From Bacteroidales bacterium UBA5371 (GTDB lineage Bacteria; Bacteroidota; Bacteroidia; Bacteroidales; P3): DNA of 64,000 bases. The DNA is taken from NCBI GenBank assembly GCA_002407855.1, contig DHPF01000017.1, forward strand, positions 74,383-138,382, written 5' to 3'. Shown here in pieces: positions 31,262 through 40,278 of this stretch; the first letter of the stretch is position 1; each line of letters begins with the position of its first letter. Below the pieces are notes generated by a model. That model made no database searches. It worked only from the letters and a program-made list of their open reading frames with translations, and was not told the DNA's origin. The translations under genes were made by a program, and so were the position numbers.

Positions 31262-31330
31262 CTTGATTTCAGAAAAATGAAACTTGATTTTAATTTTTTA
31301 GAATCAAAGAAGAATTAATTAGAACTTAGT
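31262..31330. repeat. family-A array, 2 forward cores (31262, 31283) facing 2 reverse cores (31298, 31319)
   Basis: 21-bp spacing within each half; somewhat degenerate cores (CTTGATTTCAG, CTTGATTTTAAT, TTAGAATCAAAG, TTAGAACTTAG). Confidence 0.8.
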
Positions 31331-31366
31331 TTTAATAATGTGAAATTAAATTGGCTTGATTTCTCA

Positions 31367-31756
31367 TTAATTATTGCGCTGGTAAATAAGAACCTTGCTA
31401 TTGTAATCTATATTAAATTCTTGACAAATGCTTTCTCCAACAAAGCCTCCTCCGTTACATAAAACCTCACCCTTGCAAGAATGTAGAACATAAAGCATAT
31501 TTGGGCTATCGGAATCTAATTCTACAATAAAACCTATTTGATTGGTTTTATAGACACATCTATATATTTTGGGATTAGAAGCATCATATTCAGGAGAATT
31601 AAATTCGTTTACCTTGGCTTTTAGCCATGCTAAATCTGTTAAAGGATTTTCAAAAACGCATCCTGTTTGGCTTGAATTGTTGTTATTATCTTGCTCTTTA
31701 CAACCTAAAACAAAGAAACAACATAGAACAACTAATGATAAAACTGTTTTCTTCAT
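31367..31756 (-). CDS. small Cys-rich lipoprotein, hypothetical
   Basis: ATG at 31756 gives MKKTVLSLVVLCCFFVLGC (lipobox). The track start at 31795 is a TTG upstream of the promoter box. Confidence 0.6.
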   Translation of the reverse strand: MKKTVLSLVVLCCFFVLGCKEQDNNNNSSQTGCVFENPLTDLAWLKAKVNEFNSPEYDASNPKIYRCVYKTNQIGFIVELDSDSPNMLYVLHSCKGEVLCNGGGFVGESICQEFNIDYNSKVLIYQRNN

Positions 31757-31783
31757 AATATTCTTTTTTAAATTAATAATAGG

Positions 31784-31791
31784 CAAATTTA
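31784..31791 (-). promoter_or_regulatory. -7 promoter box TAAATTTG upstream of lipoprotein gene
   Basis: Plus strand reads CAAATTTA 28 nt upstream of the start at 31756. Confidence 0.5.
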
Positions 31792-31850
31792 GCAATTAAA
31801 TATTAATACCCAAAATTATAGTTATTGAATTTAACTAAAACAGAATTATA

Positions 31851-32327
31851 TTATAGTTCTGTTTTTTGGTGATCTTGCTTTATTTGGGCTGTTGTTGATT
31901 TTTGTTTGAAGAATACTTTGAACTTTTCTTGACGCGATTTGAGTTCCGATTCGTCAATTCCATTTACATAGAAAATAAGCTCTAAGGTCTTGCCGTCATC
32001 TAAAATATTGTATTCGTTGGTCAGCATTTGAATAAGCTCGGTTACCGTAGAAAAGACATGCTGGTTTGTTTTGAAATTAAAGCATACTCCATTGACGCAT
32101 TGTTCAAAGGTAAAGTCGGAGGCAAAATCGGAGTTTAGCTCTGGGTTTTCATATATCATATCCATAGCCTCATCAACCACAACAGAGAATATGCCAAAAT
32201 AGTTATGCAAATTAAACCTATCGCATATCTCTTCAACTAAGGCTTGTGCTTTTATTCTTTGTTTTTGGTCTGCATTTAATTTTACAGTATCGTAGTTTTG
32301 TTTCATACCAATTGTTTTATTGTTCAA
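31851..32327 (-). CDS. hypothetical acidic cytoplasmic protein, overlapping the end of the DUF4175-like gene (possible translational coupling)
   Basis: 158-aa ORF whose start overlaps the upstream stop by 11 nt; no motif recognised. Confidence 0.5.
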   Translation of the reverse strand: MNNKTIGMKQNYDTVKLNADQKQRIKAQALVEEICDRFNLHNYFGIFSVVVDEAMDMIYENPELNSDFASDFTFEQCVNGVCFNFKTNQHVFSTVTELIQMLTNEYNILDDGKTLELIFYVNGIDESELKSRQEKFKVFFKQKSTTAQIKQDHQKTEL

Positions 32328-35300
32328 CGTTCAAGTTAATAAAAAAATCATTTACCTTCTCTTTATAATACGGAGAAAATACTGGAGGAACTTGCTTGAA
32401 TAGCTCTAATTCTCTATTCTTAAGTTTATCAAACTCCAAGAATTGATTATTTGAATTTTCAATTAAGTCCTTTCCCTCAGTAGATTCTCTTCTTTGCTCT
32501 TGTTCTTGCTTTTGTTGAGCTTTCTCGTGTTGCAACATTCTTGTGAGAATATTGTTTTGACGATTGATGGTCTGCTGATTTATGATTTTGTTTACGATAT
32601 CCGTCTCAGTTTGTTCCATTTGTTTGATTAAATTATCAATTTCTCCTGCACTTTTTCCTTCTTCTGCCTTTAACTCATTGGAATACTGCTGCATCATTTT
32701 GCGAATTATTTCTTGTTGAGCTGCCATTCTTGCGAGCTCTTCATTAATTTTAGCATTCTCTCCTATTTTTGGCTTACCGGTTTCTCCTTTCTGCTTCTGG
32801 GCATCTAATTCCCTTTTCAGCCTTTCCATTTCTTTATTGAGGGCTTGTTGCAATTCTCGCATGGTTTTAGGGTTCTTCTTTCCCGACTTTGGACTATTGC
32901 ATTGGTTCTGTGGATTAGATTTGCAACTACTGCTCTTTTCAGACATTGACTTCATATTTTGCTGCATATTATCCAAACTCTCTGCCAGCAAAAGCGAAAG
33001 ATTATTCATTGAGGTCATAGTATATTGTTGTGGAGTTGTGGCTTGGGTGTTTTTGTATGAGCCATAAATCCCTTGATTGTATTGTAAAAGTTTCTCTATT
33101 GAAGAACCAATTTGATTGTCAATTGAGGTGAGTTCTTTATTTATTATATTACTTATTTGAGGCTGACGTTTACTCATAGCAAAAAGGCTATCCGAAATCA
33201 TCTTCATATCATTCTTTATCTTGTTTTGAGAATTGATAAGATTTTGATATAAAGGGTCTGTTACGGAAGTTTCTCTCACTTTAAGGATAAGGTCTTCCTG
33301 CATAAAGGATAGCTTAACCAAATTTTTAAGGATTTGTCTGACCTGTTCAATATCTTCGGCTAATTGTTCTTGCTCTTGCTGTTGTTGTTGCTGTTGTAAA
33401 TTATCAGCCATCTCTTGCATTTTCTCGGCTGCTTTATTTTGATTTTTAGAAGCGTCTTTATTCTTTCTGTTCTCCATCTTTTGTTGAGCCTGATTTTGCT
33501 CTTGAGTAATGCTATCTTCTTTGGCTTTGTCTCTTTTTATCTCCATCTTTTCTTCAAGCTCTAAGCCTTTTTGTTGAAGCTCTTTTAGGTCTTTCTTTAT
33601 TTCTTCAAAGGATTTATTTAACTCACTCTGCTTATCTTGGAGGGGTTTATTGTCTTTGGGATTTTGTTCTGTTTTTTTGGCTAACTCCTTTTGCTCTTGG
33701 GCTGTTTTGTTTAGCTTATCTATTGCTTCTTGCATTTTTTTATCAACCTCCAAACGCTTATACATTTCAAGGTTTCTGTCAAGCTGCTTTTCTATATCTT
33801 CACTATTTAACTTTATCTTCTCTAAGGCTTGCTTCAAGTCCTCTTTGTTAATATTCTCTTTCATTAATTTATTAAGCTCTTCAAACATATCCTTAGCCAC
33901 CTCTTGGTATAACCTTTCAAGCTCTTTTTGTTTGTTTATTATCTCTTCTGTTTGAGACTTATTATATCTTTGATCCAATTGATTATTCTCTTTTATCTTT
34001 TGGCTAATTTGCTCTAAGGCTTGTTTTATTTGGTCTTGCTTATGTTTTAATGCTTCTATCTGCTTTTTGTCTTGCCAATCCAATTCCTTCTTTTCAAGCA
34101 TCTTCTTATTCAGTTCACTTATCTCTTGCTGTATTTTTTTAAGCTGTTTCAACGATTCTTCGGTCTCTTTCTTTATCTCTGAACTTGTCTTTTCTTGCTT
34201 TTTGTCAATCTCTTGCATTGTTGGGATTTCAACCGCAAAAGCATTAGAACGAGTGCTCTTAGCTCCATCGATGCCATCGTTGTCCCAAACCTCAAAATAA
34301 TAAACCACCCTATCGCCAGGGTTAAGATTAAGTTGGGTTAAATCGTAAGCATAATAGTATTCTTGGGCTTTTTCTTTGGAATTAAGAGGAAGGGAATGCT
34401 TTGTTATTATTGCTTCGTTAGGGGCGTCTTGTTCGTATTTCTCAATAATGAACTCCAATTTGGAGAATCCATAATCGTCTTTTATCTGTCCTCTAAAATA
34501 GACCCTATCTATCAAAAGACTATCCTTTTGTTCAATAACCGCAATTTGAGGACTTAAATCTGCAATTGCCGAAATAAAGAATTGTAAAGAATCGCTAAAA
34601 GTTGTATAATCGTTCTTTGTATATATATTGTAGCTAAGGTCAGATAAAATTCGCTTTGAGAAAGACAGCCTTCCGTTTTTGTCAGGAGAGAAACTCTCTT
34701 GCTTATTATTGTAATTGAACAAAAAGGCTTTGGTGTCCCTTGTGGCTGCCTTCCAAGTAATTGTGCTTCCTTTTGGAACAGAGAAATTACTTACATTGGT
34801 GTAAGACTGCTGCTCTATTTGAGTGTAGGTAGGATAGGTAATAATAGCTTGAAGGTCTAAGAGAATTGGCTTAGGAAGAACTTCTATTTTATAGTCATTG
34901 CTTGTTATTTCAGAGGATTCAAAATGAAAGGAAGTGGTATTTTGTAGCTGCTTAATGGAATGAGAAAACACGTCTTTCTTTTCTTTTTTCATTTGAAACA
35001 CTTGCTTATTTATCACTATGTTTACATTATCAACAAGCATCTGTCCTTCAATCTTTACTCTTATATCAATATCCTCATGCTGCAAAACTTGAAGCTTATT
35101 GTTTAAAAGTTTGTAAGAGAACGGGGCAGGCTTTTGAAAATGCTTGGAATGGTTAATGTAGCGATAGGTTGGCTCACTTATGAAACTTGGAAAGAAGATT
35201 CCACAAACAAGAATTATAAGCACAGGGATTATAGTCCATTTAACATATCTCTTATTCTTAGAGATGTCTATTGCTTTCACAAAAGGAATTGGAGTAAGCT

Positions 35301-35703
35301 CTTTTGTGCGTTGAGAAATGCTTGCTTCCAAAAGTTCGGAGTCTTGCTCTGTGGCTTGTTCTTGAAGTTGTAGGAGGTTGAGTAGCTTGTCCGACACCTC
35401 AGGAAAATGCTTGCCAATTATGTTTGCAGCTTCCTTATGAGATATGGTTTTAGTTAGTCGGAATATTTTTAATAATGGTATGCAAATAAAGAAATAAAGA
35501 ATAAGGATTGCTATGATAAGAAATAAGTAGAAAAGAATTGAGCGTGTGAGAGTGGAATAATAACCAAAGTATTCAAGAGTATTGAGAATTAGAAAGAAGC
35601 TAAAAATAAGAAATATGCCATATAAAATGCCCTTAATTAGCCTATTCTTATAGTATTTCTTGATAAACTTATCTAACTTTGATATTATGATTTCATTAGT
35701 CAT
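32317..35703 (-). CDS. large membrane-anchored coiled-coil protein (DUF4175-like)
   Basis: 1128 aa: N-terminal TM helices, a beta-rich middle with YYFEVWDNDG, a K/E/Q-rich coiled coil of about 550 aa, and a conserved-looking C-terminus (VPPVFSPYYKEKVNDFF). Confidence 0.75.
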   Translation of the reverse strand: MTNEIIISKLDKFIKKYYKNRLIKGILYGIFLIFSFFLILNTLEYFGYYSTLTRSILFYLFLIIAILILYFFICIPLLKIFRLTKTISHKEAANIIGKHFPEVSDKLLNLLQLQEQATEQDSELLEASISQRTKELTPIPFVKAIDISKNKRYVKWTIIPVLIILVCGIFFPSFISEPTYRYINHSKHFQKPAPFSYKLLNNKLQVLQHEDIDIRVKIEGQMLVDNVNIVINKQVFQMKKEKKDVFSHSIKQLQNTTSFHFESSEITSNDYKIEVLPKPILLDLQAIITYPTYTQIEQQSYTNVSNFSVPKGSTITWKAATRDTKAFLFNYNNKQESFSPDKNGRLSFSKRILSDLSYNIYTKNDYTTFSDSLQFFISAIADLSPQIAVIEQKDSLLIDRVYFRGQIKDDYGFSKLEFIIEKYEQDAPNEAIITKHSLPLNSKEKAQEYYYAYDLTQLNLNPGDRVVYYFEVWDNDGIDGAKSTRSNAFAVEIPTMQEIDKKQEKTSSEIKKETEESLKQLKKIQQEISELNKKMLEKKELDWQDKKQIEALKHKQDQIKQALEQISQKIKENNQLDQRYNKSQTEEIINKQKELERLYQEVAKDMFEELNKLMKENINKEDLKQALEKIKLNSEDIEKQLDRNLEMYKRLEVDKKMQEAIDKLNKTAQEQKELAKKTEQNPKDNKPLQDKQSELNKSFEEIKKDLKELQQKGLELEEKMEIKRDKAKEDSITQEQNQAQQKMENRKNKDASKNQNKAAEKMQEMADNLQQQQQQQEQEQLAEDIEQVRQILKNLVKLSFMQEDLILKVRETSVTDPLYQNLINSQNKIKNDMKMISDSLFAMSKRQPQISNIINKELTSIDNQIGSSIEKLLQYNQGIYGSYKNTQATTPQQYTMTSMNNLSLLLAESLDNMQQNMKSMSEKSSSCKSNPQNQCNSPKSGKKNPKTMRELQQALNKEMERLKRELDAQKQKGETGKPKIGENAKINEELARMAAQQEIIRKMMQQYSNELKAEEGKSAGEIDNLIKQMEQTETDIVNKIINQQTINRQNNILTRMLQHEKAQQKQEQEQRRESTEGKDLIENSNNQFLEFDKLKNRELELFKQVPPVFSPYYKEKVNDFFINLNVEQ

Positions 35704-35742
35704 TTCATTAAATTCTCCATTGCTTATTTCGTTTTGGTAGCT

Positions 35743-35823
35743 TTTGATTTCGCTGAAATATCTCTTGATTCTAATTTATTATCTTTTGATTCTAATTTAT
35801 TGAAACTTGATTCTAATTTTGCT
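35743..35823. repeat. family-A array, 4 forward units at 35743, 35764, 35785, 35806
   Basis: Exact 21-bp spacing. 35785-35819 is identical to 39309-39343. Confidence 0.9.
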
Positions 35824-35848
35824 TTATTTAGTTCCTTGTTTTTCTATG

Positions 35849-36832
35849 CTATTTCAACCACTTTTCTTGCTTATACCATGCAATTGTTTTCTCAACCCCT
35901 TTTTCTAAGTCTATCTTTGGGTCGTAATATAGGTCTTTTCGCAAGTCTTCAATCCCACAATTCCAATTTCTTGCTTTAAGAATGTTGAACTTATCTTTAT
36001 TTAAGGTAAAACTCTTCCCTGCTATCTTTCCTGCAAACTCCATAAAAGAACTTATCCACTTTACTATAAACAATGGAAATTTGAGTTTTATTGTCCAAGT
36101 GTTTAATACTTTTTTGGTTATTTGGGCAAATTCTGTGTCTAAATAAAGCTTCCCATCACTCACAAAATAAGTTTTTTGGCTCACATCTGAGTTCATTGCC
36201 AGAATACTTAAATCAACCAAGTCATCAATATAAACGAAGGTTAGCCTTTGAGCCGTAAAGCCAAGATAAGGCTCTAAGTGATTGTTAATTGTTTGAAAAT
36301 AGACAAAATAATCAGTTTCTCTTGGTCCATAAACCCCTGTTGGGCGAAGGATAATGTATTTGCCTTTAAAATTCTCTCTTATATACTCTTCGGCTTGAAG
36401 CTTGGCTTTTCCATATTCGGTATTTGGCTCATTTAAGTCCTCTACCCTACACTCACAAAAGGTTTTCTCTTCGCCAGGACCATGAGCTGCAAAACTGCTA
36501 AAAAAGATTAGTTTGGTTTCTAAGCCACTCAGAGCATCTACCAAAGACTTCACATATCCGAAATTAATCTTATAAAAATCTTCTTTTCTCTTAGCCTTAG
36601 TTAGTCCTGCAAGATGAAAAATTGTATTGTAGTTTTCTTCTTTTAATATCTTTTCTAACTCTTTTGGATTATTGTAAGGGAGGTCTAAGAACTTTATTCT
36701 TGTGTCTTGTAAGTATTTTTTACTGCTTGACTTTCTTATCCCTGCGGTTACATCATAACCTTCTTTAATTAATTTCTCAACCAAAGTGCTTCCAATAAAG
36801 CCACTTGCTCCTGTAACTAAAACCTTTTGCAT
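35849..36832 (-). CDS. NAD-dependent epimerase/dehydratase-family (extended SDR) reductase
   Basis: 327 aa with VTGASGFIGS Rossmann motif; third gene of the SPT operon. Confidence 0.85.
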   Translation of the reverse strand: MQKVLVTGASGFIGSTLVEKLIKEGYDVTAGIRKSSSKKYLQDTRIKFLDLPYNNPKELEKILKEENYNTIFHLAGLTKAKRKEDFYKINFGYVKSLVDALSGLETKLIFFSSFAAHGPGEEKTFCECRVEDLNEPNTEYGKAKLQAEEYIRENFKGKYIILRPTGVYGPRETDYFVYFQTINNHLEPYLGFTAQRLTFVYIDDLVDLSILAMNSDVSQKTYFVSDGKLYLDTEFAQITKKVLNTWTIKLKFPLFIVKWISSFMEFAGKIAGKSFTLNKDKFNILKARNWNCGIEDLRKDLYYDPKIDLEKGVEKTIAWYKQEKWLK

Positions 36833-36840
36833 TTCTTTAT

Positions 36841-37968
36841 TTAGATTTCTTTAATGTAAGCCCTACGACGAATGGCTATCCTACTTTTATATTTTTCCCA
36901 AATTTGAGAAGCCTGATTCTCTTCAAGCTGAGGGTTTGCTATTGCCATCTTTGCGTTTAGCTCAATATAACGCCTGTTCATTTCAGCATAGTAAAGAGAA
37001 TGTACTCCCTTGTTTTGCCAATCGGGATCAACGCCATTCAAATATAAATCAATGTAATCGTAATTTTTTAAGGCTTTTAGTAAATAATACCATCCAAATG
37101 GGAATAACCTTCCTTTGCTTTTTCTGAGAGCATTTGTTAAAGAGGGCATAGAAACTCCAAAAGCCACAACATCATCCTTAGAATCAACAATAAAACAAAC
37201 TAATTTCGGGTCAATAAAAGCAAAGTATTGTTTTATGTATAGTTTAATCTGTCTTTCATTTAGGGGAACATAGCCAAACAAACACGAAAAAGAGCGGTTT
37301 ATAAGATTAAATATTTTCTCTCCATAGAGGTTTACTATTTGTTTCTTGGTAAGGTTTTCAACTATCTTTAAGTTGTATTTATCTTTTATCAACTCATTTA
37401 TCTTTGCAACCTTTTCTGGGATTGGTTGATTGGCGGGAATTTCGTATTGAATCCAATCTACTTCTTTCTTATAGCCTAATTGTTCTACTATTGGTGGATA
37501 GTAAGACGGGTTATAGTAACAAGCCATTGGGCAATTGGTATCAAAGCCTTCTATCATCATTCCTTCTTTGTCCATATCTGTAAAGCCCATTGGTCCTACA
37601 ATCTCTTGCATTCCTATCTCTTTTGCCCAATTTTCCACAGCCTTTAATAAAGCATCTGCCACTAAAACATCATCAATGCAATCAAACCAACCAAAACGCA
37701 TCCTCTTTTGCTTCCAAATTTCGTTTGACTTTGTGTTTAGTATCCCTACAATTCTTCCCACAACCTTATCTTTTCGATATGCTAAAAACATTTTTGTTTG
37801 GCAGAATTCAAAGGCAGGATTTTTCTTCTTATTAAACGTTGCTCTCTCATCAATAATTAAGGCTGGCACCCACATCTTATCATCCTTAAAAAGCTCATAA
37901 GGAAACTTCAAAAACTTATTAAAACCCTTCTTGTTCTTAATTTCCTCTATACGTATTGTATTATCCAT
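36841..37968 (-). CDS. large GNAT-like N-acyltransferase (putative)
   Basis: 375 aa. C-terminal segment PDWQNKGVHSLYY resembles GNAT motif A (Q/R-x-x-G-x-G/A). Tightly packed between the SPT and SDR genes. Confidence 0.55.
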   Translation of the reverse strand: MDNTIRIEEIKNKKGFNKFLKFPYELFKDDKMWVPALIIDERATFNKKKNPAFEFCQTKMFLAYRKDKVVGRIVGILNTKSNEIWKQKRMRFGWFDCIDDVLVADALLKAVENWAKEIGMQEIVGPMGFTDMDKEGMMIEGFDTNCPMACYYNPSYYPPIVEQLGYKKEVDWIQYEIPANQPIPEKVAKINELIKDKYNLKIVENLTKKQIVNLYGEKIFNLINRSFSCLFGYVPLNERQIKLYIKQYFAFIDPKLVCFIVDSKDDVVAFGVSMPSLTNALRKSKGRLFPFGWYYLLKALKNYDYIDLYLNGVDPDWQNKGVHSLYYAEMNRRYIELNAKMAIANPQLEENQASQIWEKYKSRIAIRRRAYIKEI

Positions 37969-37992
37969 TTATGCTTAGTATTGTGTATTAAT

Positions 37993-39180
37993 TTAATGAA
38001 TTACTTCATACTTCTTAAATACCTTTGTTAGTTTGTCTATGGCTATATCTACTTGCTGATGAGTGTGAGTTGCCATAAGAGAAAAGCGTATTAGGGTAGC
38101 ATCAGGCGAACAGGCAGGAGGAATAACAGGATTTACAAATATGCCTTCTTCGTAAATCTCTTTGGTTATCATAAATGTCTTTTCTGTATCTCTAATATAT
38201 AGAGGTATAATTGGAGAATTGGTTGGACCTATTTCGAATCCATTTGCCTTAAATGCAGCAAGCGAATAATTAGTTATCTGCCACAAATTATCTATTCTTT
38301 GAGGCTCTTGTTCCATTATATCTAATGCTGCAATAACACTTGCAGTTGCAGAAGGAGAAATAGAAGCCGAGAAAATATATGGACGTGAGGTGTGTTTTAA
38401 ATAATTAATTGTTTCTTTATCTGCGGCAATAAAACCACCTATTGCAGCTAAGCTCTTGCTGAAAGTTCCCATAATCACATCAACATCGTCAGTTAGTCCG
38501 AAATGATTGCAGATTCCTCTTCCTCCCTTGCCAAAAACACCTAAGCTATGAGCTTCATCAACATAAATATCTGCATTATATTTTTCTGCCAATTGCTTAA
38601 TTTGTGGCAAATTTGCAATATCTCCCTCCATTGAATAGACTCCATCAACGGCAATCAATTTCAACTCTTGCAAAGGTATTCTTTTAAGAACCTCTTCCAA
38701 AGAAGCCATATCGTTATGCTTAAACTTATAGTTTTTAGAGTAAGAAATCCTTCTTGCTTCAATAATTGAAGCGTGATCTAACTCATCTAAAATCAGATGA
38801 TCTCCCCTACCCAACATAGTTGGTATAGCTCCAATATTAGATTGAAAGCCCGTAGAAAAAACAATAGAGCTTTCCTTCCCTACAAACTTAGCTAACTTTT
38901 CCTCCAACTGAATATGAATATCCAATGTTCCATTCAAAAATGGAGAGCCTGCACAACCAGAACCATACTTTTTTAAAGCCTCTATTGCTGCTTCTATAAT
39001 CTTTGGATGATTGGTTAATCCCAAATAACTATTTGAACCAAACATTAAAACCTTTCTACCATTCATCAAAACTTCACAATCTTGGTCACTACAAATTGTT
39101 CTAAAATAAGGATAAATTCCCATTTCTTTAACTTTTTGTGGCTCTGTGTAGAGAGAAAATCTATTTTTTAATTGCTTCAT
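37993..39180 (-). CDS. spt: alpha-oxoamine synthase of the serine palmitoyltransferase type (PLP-dependent)
   Basis: PLP-lysine motif GTFSKSLAAIGGF matches the SPT-type GTFSKS rather than the BioF/KBL variants. ATG at 39180 is preferred, because the track TTG at 39222 lies inside the promoter box. Confidence 0.8.
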   Translation of the reverse strand: MKQLKNRFSLYTEPQKVKEMGIYPYFRTICSDQDCEVLMNGRKVLMFGSNSYLGLTNHPKIIEAAIEALKKYGSGCAGSPFLNGTLDIHIQLEEKLAKFVGKESSIVFSTGFQSNIGAIPTMLGRGDHLILDELDHASIIEARRISYSKNYKFKHNDMASLEEVLKRIPLQELKLIAVDGVYSMEGDIANLPQIKQLAEKYNADIYVDEAHSLGVFGKGGRGICNHFGLTDDVDVIMGTFSKSLAAIGGFIAADKETINYLKHTSRPYIFSASISPSATASVIAALDIMEQEPQRIDNLWQITNYSLAAFKANGFEIGPTNSPIIPLYIRDTEKTFMITKEIYEEGIFVNPVIPPACSPDATLIRFSLMATHTHQQVDIAIDKLTKVFKKYEVIH

Positions 39181-39219
39181 AATTAAATTATAAATTACAT
39201 CATCTTTTATTTTAGTCTG

Positions 39220-39227
39220 CAAATTTA
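39220..39227 (-). promoter_or_regulatory. -7 promoter box TAAATTTG upstream of SPT operon
   Basis: Plus strand reads CAAATTTA 40 nt upstream of the start at 39180. Confidence 0.55.
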
Positions 39228-39287
39228 CTACTTTATTTTAAAGCATAATGAATTATAGCTTAAAAAATAGCTCTGAGTATTCCAAGA

Positions 39288-39371
39288 TTTGATTCTGAAT
39301 TATTGGAATTTGATTCTAATTTATTGAAACTTGATTCTAATTTGTTGGGATTTGATTCTAATTTACTGAAA
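39288..39371. repeat. family-A array, 4 forward units at 39288, 39309, 39330, 39351
   Basis: Exact 21-bp spacing of TTGATTCT(A/G)AAT cores. Confidence 0.9.
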
Positions 39372-39468
39372 TTTTATCTTTATATAAAATAACTTAGATT
39401 TGGCTACTTGTATTATAATGAAAAGATAGTAAACACTATATCTGATAATTATTTTTTTGTTTTCCTTT

Positions 39469-40278
39469 TCATCTATTAAGAATAAAACTGACCAAATTAT
39501 CTTTCAATCTGCTCCCTCCTATTCTAAAATACTTAGAGTTTAACCTTTGACTTCCCCTAAAATGAGAGAATAATATGTGATATTCTATCGCCTGCTCAGC
39601 TGTTACAATACCTCCTGCGGCTTTAATAGATTTAAGAATTTTTGTTTGATTTTCATAATCTTCAATGGCTTTTAGCATTACTGCAAATGAGTAAATATCA
39701 GCTCCTTTGCTTGTTTTACCGGTTGAAGTTTTAATAAAATCGGCTCCTGCCTCTAAGTTGATAAGGCTTGCCTTGTATACATTTTCTAAGGAGTTTAGCT
39801 CTCCTGTTTCCAAAATAACCTTTAAGGTAATGTCTTTGCAGATTTGCTTTGCTAAGAATGTTTCTTGTGAAACTTCATCAAATTTCCCTTCTAAGAAAAG
39901 CCCTCTATTCATTACAATATCTACTTCCTCCGCACCATTATCAATAGCAAATTTGATTTCATTTAGTTTGAGCTCTATGGGATTTTGTCCTGAAGGAAAA
40001 TATCCTGCAACAACAACCTTTTTTATATCTTTATCCAGCGTATTATTAAGTAATGGCAGGAAATTTGGATAAACACAAAGTCCTGCAACCTTTATATTTT
40101 CTAACTCTTTAATGTGAGAATTTTCTATAAGCTTTCTAATTGAATTCGCATTATCTTCCGAATTTAGAGATGTGAGGTCTAAGCATCTTAAACAATTAAT
40201 TGCAGCATCTTTTCTATTTATAGTTTCTTTTCCCTCTTTAAGGATATTATCAATAATGTTTTTATCTATTTGAATCAT
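39469..40278 (-). CDS. deoC: deoxyribose-phosphate aldolase
   Basis: Schiff-base lysine motif FIKTSTGK. ATG at 40278 is preferred over the TTG at 40314. Overlaps the upstream gene by 17 nt. Confidence 0.85.
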   Translation of the reverse strand: MIQIDKNIIDNILKEGKETINRKDAAINCLRCLDLTSLNSEDNANSIRKLIENSHIKELENIKVAGLCVYPNFLPLLNNTLDKDIKKVVVAGYFPSGQNPIELKLNEIKFAIDNGAEEVDIVMNRGLFLEGKFDEVSQETFLAKQICKDITLKVILETGELNSLENVYKASLINLEAGADFIKTSTGKTSKGADIYSFAVMLKAIEDYENQTKILKSIKAAGGIVTAEQAIEYHILFSHFRGSQRLNSKYFRIGGSRLKDNLVSFILNR

